A DNA stretch of 64,000 nt from an uncultured Nitrospiraceae bacterium (GCA_963727775.1 CAVSHB010000004.1:312589-376588), one strand, 5' to 3'. Positions 20,961 through 31,734 are shown, counted from the first letter of the stretch. Program-made: numbers and translations. The notes: generated by a model not told the origin, from the sequence alone.

Positions 20961-21334
20961 AAAGAGATGAATTAACCCCGATGCCGAGTCTACCCGTAGG
21001 TGACGGAAACAGGTAGATGAGGATAGATAGAGAACAAAATGAGAATCAGATAAACGGCTAAGCCAATAGTGGCACCGGGGAGTCTGCTAAACCTTGATCC
21101 CCTGTCGCTCATGTCAAATCGAGTTTGCCTCGCTTAAGCTGCTGATTAGCGGTTCGGATATCGCCGTGCATGTTTCGGATAGAAGTCGAGACTTCCTCTG
21201 CCAGAGTTGCAGGTTTGCTCCGGAACAGGTGGCAGGATTGGCTCGGAATCTGCCTGCCAAGTCTTTCGGAAGACATCATTGAAAATATCAAATGAAATAT
21301 GATATAAAATGGATATTTTTAAGAAAGGAGGTTT

Positions 21335-21540
21335 TAGTTTAAGGTTCAGTTTTCAGTTTCGCTGGCTGGAAGCCAGGGAAGAGGAGTGAGCCCCTTAGGC
21401 GATTCTCCCGCTGCCCCGCAGCCGTGAAGGGAACGAAAGCCTGAAATAAGCCACTGTCCCGAAACATATCGGGATGGGAAGGCAGGCAAGTAGGTTACAA
21501 CTTAATGTAAGAGCCCTAAGCCGGAAGACCTGTCCAGACC
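21335..21540 (+). promoter_or_regulatory. Cobalamin riboswitch
   Basis: AGGGAA..., CTGCCCCGCAGCCGTGA, GCCACTG...TGGGAAGGC, and B12-box AGCCGGAAGACCTG, upstream of a TonB-dependent receptor. Confidence 0.88.
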
Positions 21541-21583
21541 AAAATAATATATTCCAAAACAATGTTTCCCGAGGGAGGAAGAA

Positions 21584-23473
21584 ATGACGAAGATTCTTTT
21601 ATTTTCAGCTTGTCGTATCCATTGTTTAAGGTCCGCCTTTTGTCTCTTATTATTAACCGCCCGTTTTTTTTCAGCGGCTTCTTTGGTATCGGCAGCAAGC
21701 TTGCCTGTTATGCCTTTGGAAGGGATAGTTGTCACCGCCGACAAGATAGATGAATCTGTTGAAGAAACCACGAGCAGCGTCACTGTCATCAAAGGCGAAG
21801 ATATAAAAAAGATGAACGTACAGTTTGTGACGGATGTTCTCAGGACAATACCTGACCTTAATCTTGCCCAGAATGGCGGCGCCGGAAAAGTCGCCACGGT
21901 CCTCCTGCGCGGCGGTGACTCGACTCATACCCTTGTTATGATTGACGGCGTGCGGGTCAACAGCCCTACTACAGGGTCCTATGATTTTTCAGGCCTTACT
22001 GTTGACGATATAGAAAGAATAGAGATAGTTAAAGGTCCTCAGAGCACAATATATGGTTCCGAGGCAATGGCCGGTGTTATAAACATCATAACAAAAAAGG
22101 GTGAAGGCGGGCCGAGAGCTGATTTGTCCTTTGAGGGAGGGTCATTCGGAACCTACAACCCTTCGATTTCGGTCTCCGGAAAATATAAAACCGCAGATTA
22201 CAGGATCAACGGTTCCTATTTTGGGACGGACGGCATATCCGCGGCACGGAGCGGAACCGAGAGAGACGGATACCGGAACTCTGCCGTATCAGGTAAATTC
22301 GGAGTAAAACCTTCGCAAAATCTTGAATTTGAAGTAACAGGAAAATACTATTACGACAGAACAGACCTGGACGGTTTTGATTTTGCTAAACTCCAGGCAG
22401 TCGACGATAATGATTTTGTCCAGCGAGGCACTCACTATTTGGTTTCAGGCAAAGGTAAAGTCTATCTTTTCAATATCTGGGAACAGATAATAACGCTTTC
22501 ATCAACGGGAGACTTCCTGCAGTTTAGAGATCCGAGCATCATATACAACAACTATCAACTGAGTACCCGCATGGAAACCGTCGATTGGCAGAACAACCTG
22601 TATCTCTCGGACCATTACATAATGACTGCCGGAGCTGAATACAGAACAGAAAAGGCAGAAAACATCGGGAACTTCGACAAGTCTTTGTATAACAAGGCGC
22701 TCTATCTCAATAACAAGCTAAAGCTCCTGCAGGATGACCTTGTATTCAATGCAGGTCTGCGATATGATGATCATGAGACGTTCGGAGATAAAGTTACATG
22801 CAGAGCCGGCGCGATGTATAACATCAAAGCAATCGACTTAAGGATCAGGGGCAGCTACGGCACCGGCTTCAGGGCGCCTACTTTCAATGAGCTTTTTTTT
22901 CCTTTTTTCGGGAATACCAATTTAAAGCCTGAAGAAAGCACATCATGGGAAATCGGCCTTGAAAAGGGCCTCATTCGTAATAAGGTTTCCTTGTCTCTGA
23001 CATACTTCGACCAGGATTACAAAAACCTTATACAGACCGACCCGTTGACATTTACCGCAGCCAACATATCAAAGGCGGAAATAAAAGGCGTTGAGACAGC
23101 CGCTGTTTTAAAGATGACGGACAACCTAAACATAAAGGCGGGATACACCTACCTTAATACAAAGGACGAGTCCACGGGGCAGCAGCTGACCCGGAGACCT
23201 AAAGACAAGCTCGGTATGTCGGCGGATTTTTCAGTAAAGGATTTCTCTTTTGTAGCCAATTATATTTTTGTCGGAAAAAGATTCGATTCTTCAGTGCAAA
23301 GGGACCTTTCATCCTATTCGCTCGTCAATTTAAGCGGCAGTTACAAGGTAAGCAAATGGATGACCCTCTTCGCGCGAATCGACAACCTTTTTGACGCGCG
23401 GTATGAAGAGATCGGGAGTTACGGTACTCCGGGTTTTTCAGTGTTCGGAGGAGTTAGAATTTCGACTTTGTAG
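21584..23473 (+). CDS. btuB: TonB-dependent receptor, BtuB-like
   Basis: IVVTA TonB box, plug (LVMIDGV, IERIEIVKGPQSTIYGS), barrel (FRAPTFNEL, NLFD..Y); riboswitch upstream. Confidence 0.8.
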   Translation: MTKILLFSACRIHCLRSAFCLLLLTARFFSAASLVSAASLPVMPLEGIVVTADKIDESVEETTSSVTVIKGEDIKKMNVQFVTDVLRTIPDLNLAQNGGAGKVATVLLRGGDSTHTLVMIDGVRVNSPTTGSYDFSGLTVDDIERIEIVKGPQSTIYGSEAMAGVINIITKKGEGGPRADLSFEGGSFGTYNPSISVSGKYKTADYRINGSYFGTDGISAARSGTERDGYRNSAVSGKFGVKPSQNLEFEVTGKYYYDRTDLDGFDFAKLQAVDDNDFVQRGTHYLVSGKGKVYLFNIWEQIITLSSTGDFLQFRDPSIIYNNYQLSTRMETVDWQNNLYLSDHYIMTAGAEYRTEKAENIGNFDKSLYNKALYLNNKLKLLQDDLVFNAGLRYDDHETFGDKVTCRAGAMYNIKAIDLRIRGSYGTGFRAPTFNELFFPFFGNTNLKPEESTSWEIGLEKGLIRNKVSLSLTYFDQDYKNLIQTDPLTFTAANISKAEIKGVETAAVLKMTDNLNIKAGYTYLNTKDESTGQQLTRRPKDKLGMSADFSVKDFSFVANYIFVGKRFDSSVQRDLSSYSLVNLSGSYKVSKWMTLFARIDNLFDARYEEIGSYGTPGFSVFGGVRISTL

Positions 23474-23505
23474 AAATTCCTTAGTCTGCACTATTCATAT
23501 AATAG

Positions 23506-23614
23506 CCGACAGATACAGTATTTGCGCTCATTCTCGGCCCGTTACGGATTGGGCCTCCGAGGTAAATTCTTTCTTCGAAAGAATTTAAAGCCGCTTAAAT
23601 ACTGTATCTGTCGG
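23506..23614. repeat. 18-bp perfect inverted repeat enclosing a smaller hairpin
   Basis: CCGACAGATACAGTATTT (23506-23523) / AAATACTGTATCTGTCGG (23597-23614). Confidence 0.7.
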
Positions 23615-23625
23615 TCACAAATTAG

Positions 23626-24408
23626 TTGCGAAGGAGAGAAATAATACAAACCCGAAACAATTCTATGGGACTGAATCGCACAATTCTTTTTTCCGCTATT
23701 CTCCACTCAATGGTCATACTTGCGCTTTCCGCAGGCTTTTGCAGAAGCGTTGAAAGACATGCACCGTCCGATCTGATGATCGTCTCTCTGCTTTCAGCGA
23801 TGACGGAAATGGTTTCAACTGGACCACCCGTCCGCAGATCCATTCATCCGGAGAAAGAAGCTGCGCATGGAAAAGAGACTGTGTCACTTAAACCTGTTCT
23901 TTCAAATAACGCGGAATCCGCTGCCGATGATATTAAAGACAACAGAGAAAAATATATATCAACGGATACTCAAAGCAAGGCCGAAACAGCCCTTGCTCCC
24001 GGTCACCGCGAAGCCACAACTTCATCTCCAATGACAGGACATATAGTGCCTCATGAAGGACAGGCATCAGGGAACACACAAGTCACTATCGAATCTGCCG
24101 GCAAAGTCTCCGACGGTCAAACTTCGGACATTTATGCATTGATCAGGGCCGCCATTGAAAAAGCAAAGATTTATCCTCTGTTGGCAAGAAAAAAGAGGAT
24201 TGAAGGCACTGTTGTGACAGAATTCACAATCAATAGCAGAGGATATCCTGAGAATATTAAAATCAAAAAAAGTTCGGGACATGAGATCCTTGATTCAGCG
24301 ACTATTTCAATATTGAAAAGATCGGCCCCGTTGCCTTCAATGAACGGTGAAATTTTAATACCGATAAACTTCAGGCTTACAGATTCCGCCTCTTACTCCC
24401 GACGATAA
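23626..24408 (+). CDS. Energy transducer TonB-family protein
   Basis: TM helix with S..LH; C-terminal YPLLARKKRIEGTV...SSGHEILD. Start uncertain. Confidence 0.85.
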   Translation: MRRREIIQTRNNSMGLNRTILFSAILHSMVILALSAGFCRSVERHAPSDLMIVSLLSAMTEMVSTGPPVRRSIHPEKEAAHGKETVSLKPVLSNNAESAADDIKDNREKYISTDTQSKAETALAPGHREATTSSPMTGHIVPHEGQASGNTQVTIESAGKVSDGQTSDIYALIRAAIEKAKIYPLLARKKRIEGTVVTEFTINSRGYPENIKIKKSSGHEILDSATISILKRSAPLPSMNGEILIPINFRLTDSASYSRR

Positions 24409-24425
24409 CCAGTGGACTGAGTTAA

Positions 24426-25319
24426 TCAGGAAATCCTTTCTATCATCTTAACCAGAGCTTCTCTCACATCTTCATCAAACAGTATCTCGGCGTGGTTGCA
24501 CGCATAATTGTGGTGCTCGTGGCCCCAATCCAGTTTTGAGCTCTCTGCTGATACAAGACCGTCGCCCCTGCCCTGCTTCAGCTCATCAGGGAAAAGATCT
24601 CGGGGCATAATCCTCCCAAAAAAGTCCGGGAAAGAAAAGTTATTGATACTGAAAAGCGTAGGATCAATACCCCCAACTGATGCATAATAAATGCCTTCCA
24701 GAGGACCGCCTTTAAGATGCCTGAAAAAGTTCGATTCGGGCAATAACTCTCTAATCGCCCGGCTCCTGAGAAACTCCAAAACCTTTTTAATCGCGAAGGA
24801 CATTGTCCCCTTATCTCCGCCTGAAAAAAGCGGGCTCAGTAGTGACGCCAATGGAGACACATATTTGGCAAGCCGGGCCACGGAACTGCCCTTATGCGGA
24901 GTTGAAATTGTGATAAGTGCTTTCACAGCTTCGCTGTTCATCGAGAGATACTTTCTTCCTGCAAGACCGCCCCTGCTGTGACCGACAATTATGATACCCG
25001 CCTGTGTAATATCTTTTGCAGCGGCGACAATCTCCTGCAACTCTTTGACAACAGAATCAATCGGACCCGCGGGTCTTCTCTGGCTCCATGTGATTACACT
25101 GTAGTCCTTTAGCTTAAGATCCTCAAACAGTGTCTGAAACGTTCCGGCTTTTTGTTCGGATATTTTCCGGGCCAGAAGGGTCCTTAAAGGAAACATGCCG
25201 CCGAGGATGCGGGAATTGTATGGGTTTACCCAAATGTCCTTATCCATGCCGAGGCCGTGGATAAAGACGACAGCCGGTTTATTAAGATCTCCCGGATTCG
25301 ATACTAAATCTAATTTCAT
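24426..25319 (-). CDS. Alpha/beta hydrolase (lipase/esterase-like)
   Basis: VFIHGLG, GHSRGG nucleophile elbow, TPHKGS, GDGLVS, C-terminal His. Confidence 0.85.
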   Translation of the reverse strand: MKLDLVSNPGDLNKPAVVFIHGLGMDKDIWVNPYNSRILGGMFPLRTLLARKISEQKAGTFQTLFEDLKLKDYSVITWSQRRPAGPIDSVVKELQEIVAAAKDITQAGIIIVGHSRGGLAGRKYLSMNSEAVKALITISTPHKGSSVARLAKYVSPLASLLSPLFSGGDKGTMSFAIKKVLEFLRSRAIRELLPESNFFRHLKGGPLEGIYYASVGGIDPTLFSINNFSFPDFFGRIMPRDLFPDELKQGRGDGLVSAESSKLDWGHEHHNYACNHAEILFDEDVREALVKMIERIS

Positions 25320-25349
25320 ACATTTTACTGCCCAACGATTTTTCCCGGA

Positions 25350-26858
25350 TTACCAATTTATTCTCACAGGCAACCGCCCTTTAAAAATCAATTGTCCCTC
25401 CAAACACTTCAGGACGGCATTCTGTGCCTGCTCAGTCGGTTCGTAAGCCGCTATGAGAATATCGGCACCCTGAAAATGTCTCAATACATAGGGACTGCCG
25501 AAGGATACGACAATCGAATGGCCGGCTTTTCTTATCAGTTCCTGAATCCGGGCTTTGTCATTCTCATCGATTCCCGAGCTGCCCTTCCATGCGGCGACTT
25601 TCGTAAACAAAGCGAACAGAGACGTTTTATCTTTCATTTCTATACTGTCGCTGATCAATGAACAATTATTGAAATGGTCCCTTAAAGGAGAAGTTCGAAA
25701 AAACTCACTGTCTCCCGCAAGTATCAACTCGATATTCTTTTTATCTGAAACCGGTAATATACCCGGTGTATTTTTTAGTAGAGTTATGGACATTTCGATA
25801 ATTTGCAATGAGAGTACTTGGTGCTTCTGATGGTTTATCCATGGCCTTTCAATGTGCTGAAGTTTTTTCTTTGCCTTCAGGATACGGTCCAGTGCTTCAT
25901 CTATCCTTTTTTCACTAATCTTTTTTGATTCAACTGCCGACATGAGTTCTTGCGCCGATGAAACAGGATCAAGCGGGTGCAGCAATACGTCGGCCCCGGC
26001 GTTTATGCACTGTGCAGGTACATTTTCAATATCTTTCAGGGCGTGCATATTCAGGGCATCAGTAAGAACAAGACCATTAAAACCAAGCTCTTCCTTTAAG
26101 AGGCGGCTGATGATATTTTTTGACAGACTCGCAGGTTTATCATCAATGGAGGGAATACTTAAATGCCCGATCATAATGGAACTTATTCCGATATCAATGG
26201 CCTTTATAAACGGCGCCACTTCAACGTCCATCAGTCCTGCATACGATTTATTAATAACCGGCAGCAGTATATGCGAGTCTGTGGATGTGTCGCCATGTCC
26301 CGGAAAGTGTTTGGCGCAGCTTATGAGTCCTGTTCCTTCCAATGCCTTTATGTATTCTGAGCCGAACCATGCAACTTCGTCCGGCTCATCAGAGAATGCC
26401 CTTGTGCAGATAATCGGGTTATCGGGGTTACTGTTAATATCAAGCACAGGCATAAGGGGCATGTTTATTCCGGTCTCAATCGCTTCTGCAGCGATGGCCT
26501 TTATCGCACTTCTAAGGATTGAGACCTCCATAGGTTTATTCTTATCGATGGCTGCTGCCATAGCCATCTGGCATGGAAACAGGGTATACCCCAGTATTTG
26601 CTGACCGACTCCGCGTTCAATGTCCGATGCAATAAAGAGCGGTATCTCCGCGTTCGACTGCAGTATGCCGATAAATTTCCTTACCTCATCTTTTCCACCG
26701 CCAAAAATAATAAATCCGCATATGCCCCTTTTTACGAGAGAAAGGATTTTTTCGCGATAAGACGGCAGTTGTATATCCTTACCGTCAATCCTGCCGATAA
26801 TCAGCTGGTACAACTTTCTTTCTAAAGGAAGCCTGCCTGTAATGTCATCGTTTGCCAT
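25350..26858 (-). CDS. nagZ: Glycoside hydrolase family 3 (beta-N-acetylhexosaminidase)
   Basis: DIERG, KHFPGHGDTSTDSH, IMIGH, TDALNM. Confidence 0.85.
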   Translation of the reverse strand: MANDDITGRLPLERKLYQLIIGRIDGKDIQLPSYREKILSLVKRGICGFIIFGGGKDEVRKFIGILQSNAEIPLFIASDIERGVGQQILGYTLFPCQMAMAAAIDKNKPMEVSILRSAIKAIAAEAIETGINMPLMPVLDINSNPDNPIICTRAFSDEPDEVAWFGSEYIKALEGTGLISCAKHFPGHGDTSTDSHILLPVINKSYAGLMDVEVAPFIKAIDIGISSIMIGHLSIPSIDDKPASLSKNIISRLLKEELGFNGLVLTDALNMHALKDIENVPAQCINAGADVLLHPLDPVSSAQELMSAVESKKISEKRIDEALDRILKAKKKLQHIERPWINHQKHQVLSLQIIEMSITLLKNTPGILPVSDKKNIELILAGDSEFFRTSPLRDHFNNCSLISDSIEMKDKTSLFALFTKVAAWKGSSGIDENDKARIQELIRKAGHSIVVSFGSPYVLRHFQGADILIAAYEPTEQAQNAVLKCLEGQLIFKGRLPVRINW

Positions 26859-26963
26859 AGAGAAGTTTATCAAATAGTCGCATATAGACACAACAAAATG
26901 ATTAGGTATATAAATCCCGATAAAAATTTGATAAAATACCCGAAATTTGAATTCGGAGAAAAA

Positions 26964-27893
26964 ATGACCCAGGCAAGAATCCTTGTTGTCGAAGACGACA
27001 AACTCCAGGCAAAGATCACAAGAGATTATTTAGAGTCATCCGGTTATGAGGTTGTTCTGGCTGAAGACGGAAAATCCGCAATCAAAACGGTAAAGACACA
27101 AAAGGTAGACATAATCGTACTTGACCTTGTTCTCCCGGATATTAGCGGCAATGAGGTCTGCAGGTGGCTGAAAATGAACGATGATACAAAGAGCATACCG
27201 ATAATCATGCTGACTGTCAAGAGTTCCACGATGGAGAAGGTCGAAGGCCTGAAGGCAGGAGCTGATGACTATCTACCCAAGCCGTACAATGAGATCGAAC
27301 TCAACGCAAGGATTTATGCCAGCTTGAGAACAAAGGCATTACAGGACAAATTGAGAGAGAAAAACCGTGAGTTGGAGGATGCTCTGTCAAAGCTTGAACT
27401 CCTCTCGGTAACCGATCACTTAACGAAGCTCTTTAACAGGAGATATTTTGAGACCGTCATTGATCAGGAGTTCAGCAGGACCCAAAGATTCAAGTCCGCT
27501 GCAGCCTGCATAATGGTAGACGTCGACCATTTTAAGGATATTAACGATGAATACGGACACCGCACAGGTGACCTTGTTCTGAAAGAGATAGCAGGCATAA
27601 TAAAAAGTTGCATGAGAAAAATAGATACTGTAGCGAGATGGGGAGGGGAAGAGTTTATTGTTTTGCTTCCCGGAACATCAAAAGAAAATGCCTTGCATGC
27701 TGCTTCGAGAATATTAACATCGGTTGCCGACCATGAATTTCAAGATATCGGCAGACGCATCACCGTCAGCATAGGGGTAGCCAGCATCCCCGAGCCTTCT
27801 ATAGACACAATTGAAAAATTTATTCACGCCTCTGACCTTGCTCTTTATGAAGCAAAATCAAAGGGACGCAACAGGATTGAAACAACCGCTTAA
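26964..27893 (+). CDS. Response regulator diguanylate cyclase (REC-GGDEF)
   Basis: Receiver (VVEDD, LDLVLPD, KPY) plus DVDHFK and RWGGEEF. Confidence 0.93.
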   Translation: MTQARILVVEDDKLQAKITRDYLESSGYEVVLAEDGKSAIKTVKTQKVDIIVLDLVLPDISGNEVCRWLKMNDDTKSIPIIMLTVKSSTMEKVEGLKAGADDYLPKPYNEIELNARIYASLRTKALQDKLREKNRELEDALSKLELLSVTDHLTKLFNRRYFETVIDQEFSRTQRFKSAAACIMVDVDHFKDINDEYGHRTGDLVLKEIAGIIKSCMRKIDTVARWGGEEFIVLLPGTSKENALHAASRILTSVADHEFQDIGRRITVSIGVASIPEPSIDTIEKFIHASDLALYEAKSKGRNRIETTA

Positions 27894-27983
27894 TCCATGT
27901 AATAAAATCTCCGGATATTACTTTAATTATACTTTTTATTAAAATTTATTTACAAAAAGTGCAAATTATGTTATTTTGTTAAC

Positions 27984-28631
27984 ATGTGGGCACCGCTTAA
28001 CGAAAACCCGTCGAGGGAAAAGATACTGTTACTCCTGAAGAAGAGCGGACCTCTCTCCATCGATGCGCTAAGCAAAGAATTGAATATAACCTCAATGGGT
28101 ATACGACAACACCTCCTTTCCCTGGAAAGGAAAGGCCTCATCGATTATATGATAAAAAGACAGGGTATCGGCAGACCGGCTTTTCTCTATAAACTGACTG
28201 AAAAAGCGGACTGTCTCTTTCCGAAAACATATGACAAGTTTATCCTGCATTTATTAAAAGACATTGAAAAACATGACGGCCCGAACAAGATAGAAGAAAT
28301 TTTCAAGTGGCGCAAAACCAGACTTTCCAAGGATGCCAGGGAAGCCCTTTCCGACAAAAAGACGCTGCAGGATAGGGTTTATGGATTAAAGGATTTCCTC
28401 GAATCAGAGGGATATCTTGCGGAAATATCTACTGCAACCGATTCCTATAATTTGAGACTGTTCAACTGCCCCATTTGCAAAATAGCTATAGACTACAAAG
28501 ATGCATGTCAATACGACCTGCAGATATTCAGGGAGCTCCTCGGGAAAGAAGTGAACCGTGAGCAGTGCATAATCGACGGCAACCCATCCTGCACATACAG
28601 CATACCCAAAAACAGTTCCAGACAAAACTAA
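27984..28631 (+). CDS. Winged-HTH transcriptional regulator, SufR-like, with C-terminal Cys ligands
   Basis: IRQHLLSLE..GL, GRP..LY.LT, NCPI, and further Cys residues (ACQ, QCI, SCTY). Confidence 0.75.
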   Translation: MWAPLNENPSREKILLLLKKSGPLSIDALSKELNITSMGIRQHLLSLERKGLIDYMIKRQGIGRPAFLYKLTEKADCLFPKTYDKFILHLLKDIEKHDGPNKIEEIFKWRKTRLSKDAREALSDKKTLQDRVYGLKDFLESEGYLAEISTATDSYNLRLFNCPICKIAIDYKDACQYDLQIFRELLGKEVNREQCIIDGNPSCTYSIPKNSSRQN

Positions 28632-28860
28632 AAGATTTACTTTACATTAACCTCATATTACCAAGGAATAATTAAATTATTACAAAAAGTAAATTTCTGT
28701 TATTTTCCTTATCTTTGTCTTAATTTTTTATAAACCTCACACATTAATTAATTAAATTTGAAAATTTTTAGCTTGCTATAAGATACATTTTTATTTTATC
28801 TTAGGATATGGAAAAAATATATAAAACTAAGGAGGTTATTGCCACGATTATCGTGCAATC

Positions 28861-29034
28861 GCCTACCCTGTTCGTGATAGGGTGAACTTGTTGATCCGGC
28901 AAGTTAGATCTTTTGGGAGTTCGGGTAAAGAGTTGGTGTGCATGTCTCCCTCGAGGAGAAAGCCTAAAGACTCTTTCAGAGCACCCACCTATAAAACAGG
29001 CGGATCTAATTTCGCTTTACACGGCAGGGTGGGT
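28861..29034 (+). ncRNA. ssrS: 6S RNA
   Basis: Long rod: closing stem CCTACCCTG..CGTG / CACGGCAGGGTGGG, inner stems TTAGATC/GATCTAA and AAAGAGT/ACTCTTT, CACCCACCT on the 3' side. Located upstream of rny. Confidence 0.75.
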
Positions 29035-29168
29035 TTATTTTTATAGGCTGGTTCTTATGACGATATTTTTTTGGAGGATTATACATAAAAATTATATGAT
29101 AGAGAGCAGATGGAAATTTGTTTTCAAAATTAAGGAATTCCCGCCTCCAAAAATCTTGTCGGCGTCAT

Positions 29169-29304
29169 AACCCCAGCCTTAACTCAACGCGGTTCTGCAT
29201 GAAATGCAGAGTGTCTATAGGTCTATTCTTTTAGATACATTATGATGTTCCCCGAATCAAGTACGGGGTAACCCTTTGACAAAGGGAGATTGAGGAAGGG
29301 GGTT
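29169..29304 (+). promoter_or_regulatory. Putative structured 5' leader of rny
   Basis: Four hairpins enclosed by a closing helix that includes the SD region. Confidence 0.5.
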
Positions 29305-29312
29305 TACCATAA

Positions 29313-30869
29313 ATGACCATATATATATTGGCAGGTGTCTTTGCAGGTCTTATCGCCGGCTTAGTCTTAGTTCTTATATCCCAGGCAAAACTTAAAAGCA
29401 AGAAGGAGGCCATTGAACAGGAAAGGACAAAGGTCATTGACGAGGCCAGGAGAGAATCCGATAGCATAAAAAAAGAGGCGCATGTAGAAGCCAAGGATAT
29501 TGTGTATCAGTCCAAGGCCGAAGTGGAAAAAGATATCCGCGAGCGGCGTTCCGAGTTGAACCATCTTGATAAAAGACTCAGGCAAAAAGAAGAAAACATC
29601 GATAGAAAATTCGAGCAGATTGAAAAAAAGGAACAGGAACTTTCCAAAAAAGAGAAAGAGTATTCTTCCAGGGACAAGGGCATACTTGAAAAGGAAAATC
29701 ATTACAACAAGCTTATAAAAGACCAGACGGAGCTGCTTGAAAAGATATCCGAGCTGAGTTCAGAAGAAGCAAGAAGCGAACTCTTAAAGAAAATTGAAGA
29801 AGAATCAAGGTTTGAAGCTGCTAAGCTCGCAAAAAAGATTGAGGATGAGTCAAGAGAAATCGCAGAGAAAAAGGCAAAAGAAATCATCGGCTTTTCCATA
29901 CAACGATACGCGAGCGATTATGTCGCCGACAGTACCGTAACTTCTGTAAGCCTGCCTAATGACGAAATGAAAGGCAGGATTATCGGCAGGGAAGGCAGGA
30001 ACATAAGGGCACTGGAGGCCGCAACAGGCGTAGACCTTATTGTGGATGATACGCCTGAAACCGTAACACTCTCTGCGTTTGACCCCGTCAGGCGTGAAAT
30101 TGCAAGACTCTCCCTTGAAAGACTGATAACAGACGGCAGAATTCATCCGACGAGGATTGAGGAGATAGTTGAGAAGGTAAAAAAGGAAGTTGAAACATAT
30201 ATCAGGGAAGAAGGTGAAAAAGCAGTATTTGACTTCGGACTTTCCGGCATACATCCCGAACTGGTAAAGCTTATAGGAAGATTAAAGTACAGGACATCTT
30301 ACGGTCAGAACGTTCTTCAGCATTCGAGAGAGGTGGCATACCTTGCGGGCATGATGGCCGGAGAACTGAGAGTTGACATAAAACTTGCAAAGAGGGCCGG
30401 CATGCTTCACGATATCGGGAAAGCCGTGGACCATGAAATTGAAGGTTCACACCAGGAGATAGGCGCAAACATCGCAAAGAAGTTCGGGGAAAACTTCAAA
30501 GTTGTAAATGCCGTTATGGTACATCACGGAGAAGGAGATCCCGTAACCGTTGAGGCCGCCCTTATAGGCGCCGCTGATGCCCTTTCGGCCGCGCGCCCGG
30601 GCGTCAGGAAAGAAAGCATAGAGAACTATCTGAAACGGCTGGAGAAGCTTGAACAGATGGCATTGTCTTACAAGGGCGTCGAAAAATGCTATGCAATCCA
30701 AGCCGGCAGGGAAATAAGAATAATCGTAAAGCCCGAGGATGTGAGTGATGAAATATCATCTATGATTTCAAGGGAACTCGCTAGGAAAATTGAGGCGGAG
30801 ATGTCATACCCCGGACAGATAAAAGTCACTGTTATAAGGGAATCAAGATACGTCGAGTATGCAAAGTAA
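29313..30869 (+). CDS. rny: Ribonuclease Y
   Basis: TM + coiled coil, [13 protein letters not shown] (KH), LHDIGKA (HD), [10 protein letters not shown]. Confidence 0.98.
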   Translation: MTIYILAGVFAGLIAGLVLVLISQAKLKSKKEAIEQERTKVIDEARRESDSIKKEAHVEAKDIVYQSKAEVEKDIRERRSELNHLDKRLRQKEENIDRKFEQIEKKEQELSKKEKEYSSRDKGILEKENHYNKLIKDQTELLEKISELSSEEARSELLKKIEEESRFEAAKLAKKIEDESREIAEKKAKEIIGFSIQRYASDYVADSTVTSVSLPNDEMKGRIIGREGRNIRALEAATGVDLIVDDTPETVTLSAFDPVRREIARLSLERLITDGRIHPTRIEEIVEKVKKEVETYIREEGEKAVFDFGLSGIHPELVKLIGRLKYRTSYGQNVLQHSREVAYLAGMMAGELRVDIKLAKRAGMLHDIGKAVDHEIEGSHQEIGANIAKKFGENFKVVNAVMVHHGEGDPVTVEAALIGAADALSAARPGVRKESIENYLKRLEKLEQMALSYKGVEKCYAIQAGREIRIIVKPEDVSDEISSMISRELARKIEAEMSYPGQIKVTVIRESRYVEYAK

Positions 30870-30874
30870 TATCC

Positions 30875-31654
30875 ATGAAAGTTCTTTTCATCGGTGACAT
30901 AGTCGGGAAGCTCGGCAGGACCGCTACAAAAGCGTTACTGCCGGCTGTTGCAAACAGGTACAAGATCGATCTCGTCATAGCAAACGGTGAAAATGCAGCC
31001 GGCGGCTTTGGGATAACCGAGAAAATAGTCACGGAAATCTTCGGCTACGGGGTGCACATCATCACTACAGGGAACCACGTATGGGACAAGAAAGAGTTTA
31101 TACCCCAGATATCAAAGGAAGACAGGGTCCTCAGGCCGTTAAACTATCCGCCGGGGGTGCCGGGATATGGAAGCCTGCTTTACCCTATGCACAATACTAA
31201 AGCGGCAGTCATCAATCTTTCCGGGCGGGTGTTTATGTCGAACAGCGACTGCCCTTTCAGAATCGGCAAAGATGAAGTTGAAAGACTGCTCAAAGAGACT
31301 AAAATAATCATCATTGATTTTCACGCAGAGGCTACGTCTGAGAAGATTGCTTTCGGGTATTTTATTGACGGTAAGGCAAGCGCCGTTATTGGGACCCACA
31401 CCCATGTTCAGACAGCCGATGAAAAGATATTGCCCGGGGGAACCGCATATATAACCGATGTTGGGATGACAGGCCCGAGCGATTCGGTAATAGGTATCGA
31501 TAAAGAACAGATCATCCAGAGATTTCTGACAAATATACCGACGCGATTCGAAACAGCAAGTGGAGAGGCATGTCTTTCTGCCGTTGTTATCGAGATAGAT
31601 GAAAAGTCAGGGAAGTCTACCGCTATCCAAAGGCTCCAACTCAAATATCCGTAG
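30875..31654 (+). CDS. ymdB: YmdB-family metallophosphoesterase
   Basis: IGDIVG, NGENAAGG, GNHVWD, DFHAEATSEK, GTHTHVQTAD; follows rny. Confidence 0.92.
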   Translation: MKVLFIGDIVGKLGRTATKALLPAVANRYKIDLVIANGENAAGGFGITEKIVTEIFGYGVHIITTGNHVWDKKEFIPQISKEDRVLRPLNYPPGVPGYGSLLYPMHNTKAAVINLSGRVFMSNSDCPFRIGKDEVERLLKETKIIIIDFHAEATSEKIAFGYFIDGKASAVIGTHTHVQTADEKILPGGTAYITDVGMTGPSDSVIGIDKEQIIQRFLTNIPTRFETASGEACLSAVVIEIDEKSGKSTAIQRLQLKYP

Positions 31655-31734
31655 AAAGTTTTTTTTCATTCCCAAAATATTAGCCCCTTTCCAATAAACC
31701 CGCGAAAAATTATGGGGTTCTATTTTGCAGGAGT

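Noticed and set aside
25942..26604. Long antisense ORFs (also 35209-35904, 37773-38384, 54078-54785)
   Set aside because: Shadows of well-supported genes on the opposite strand.
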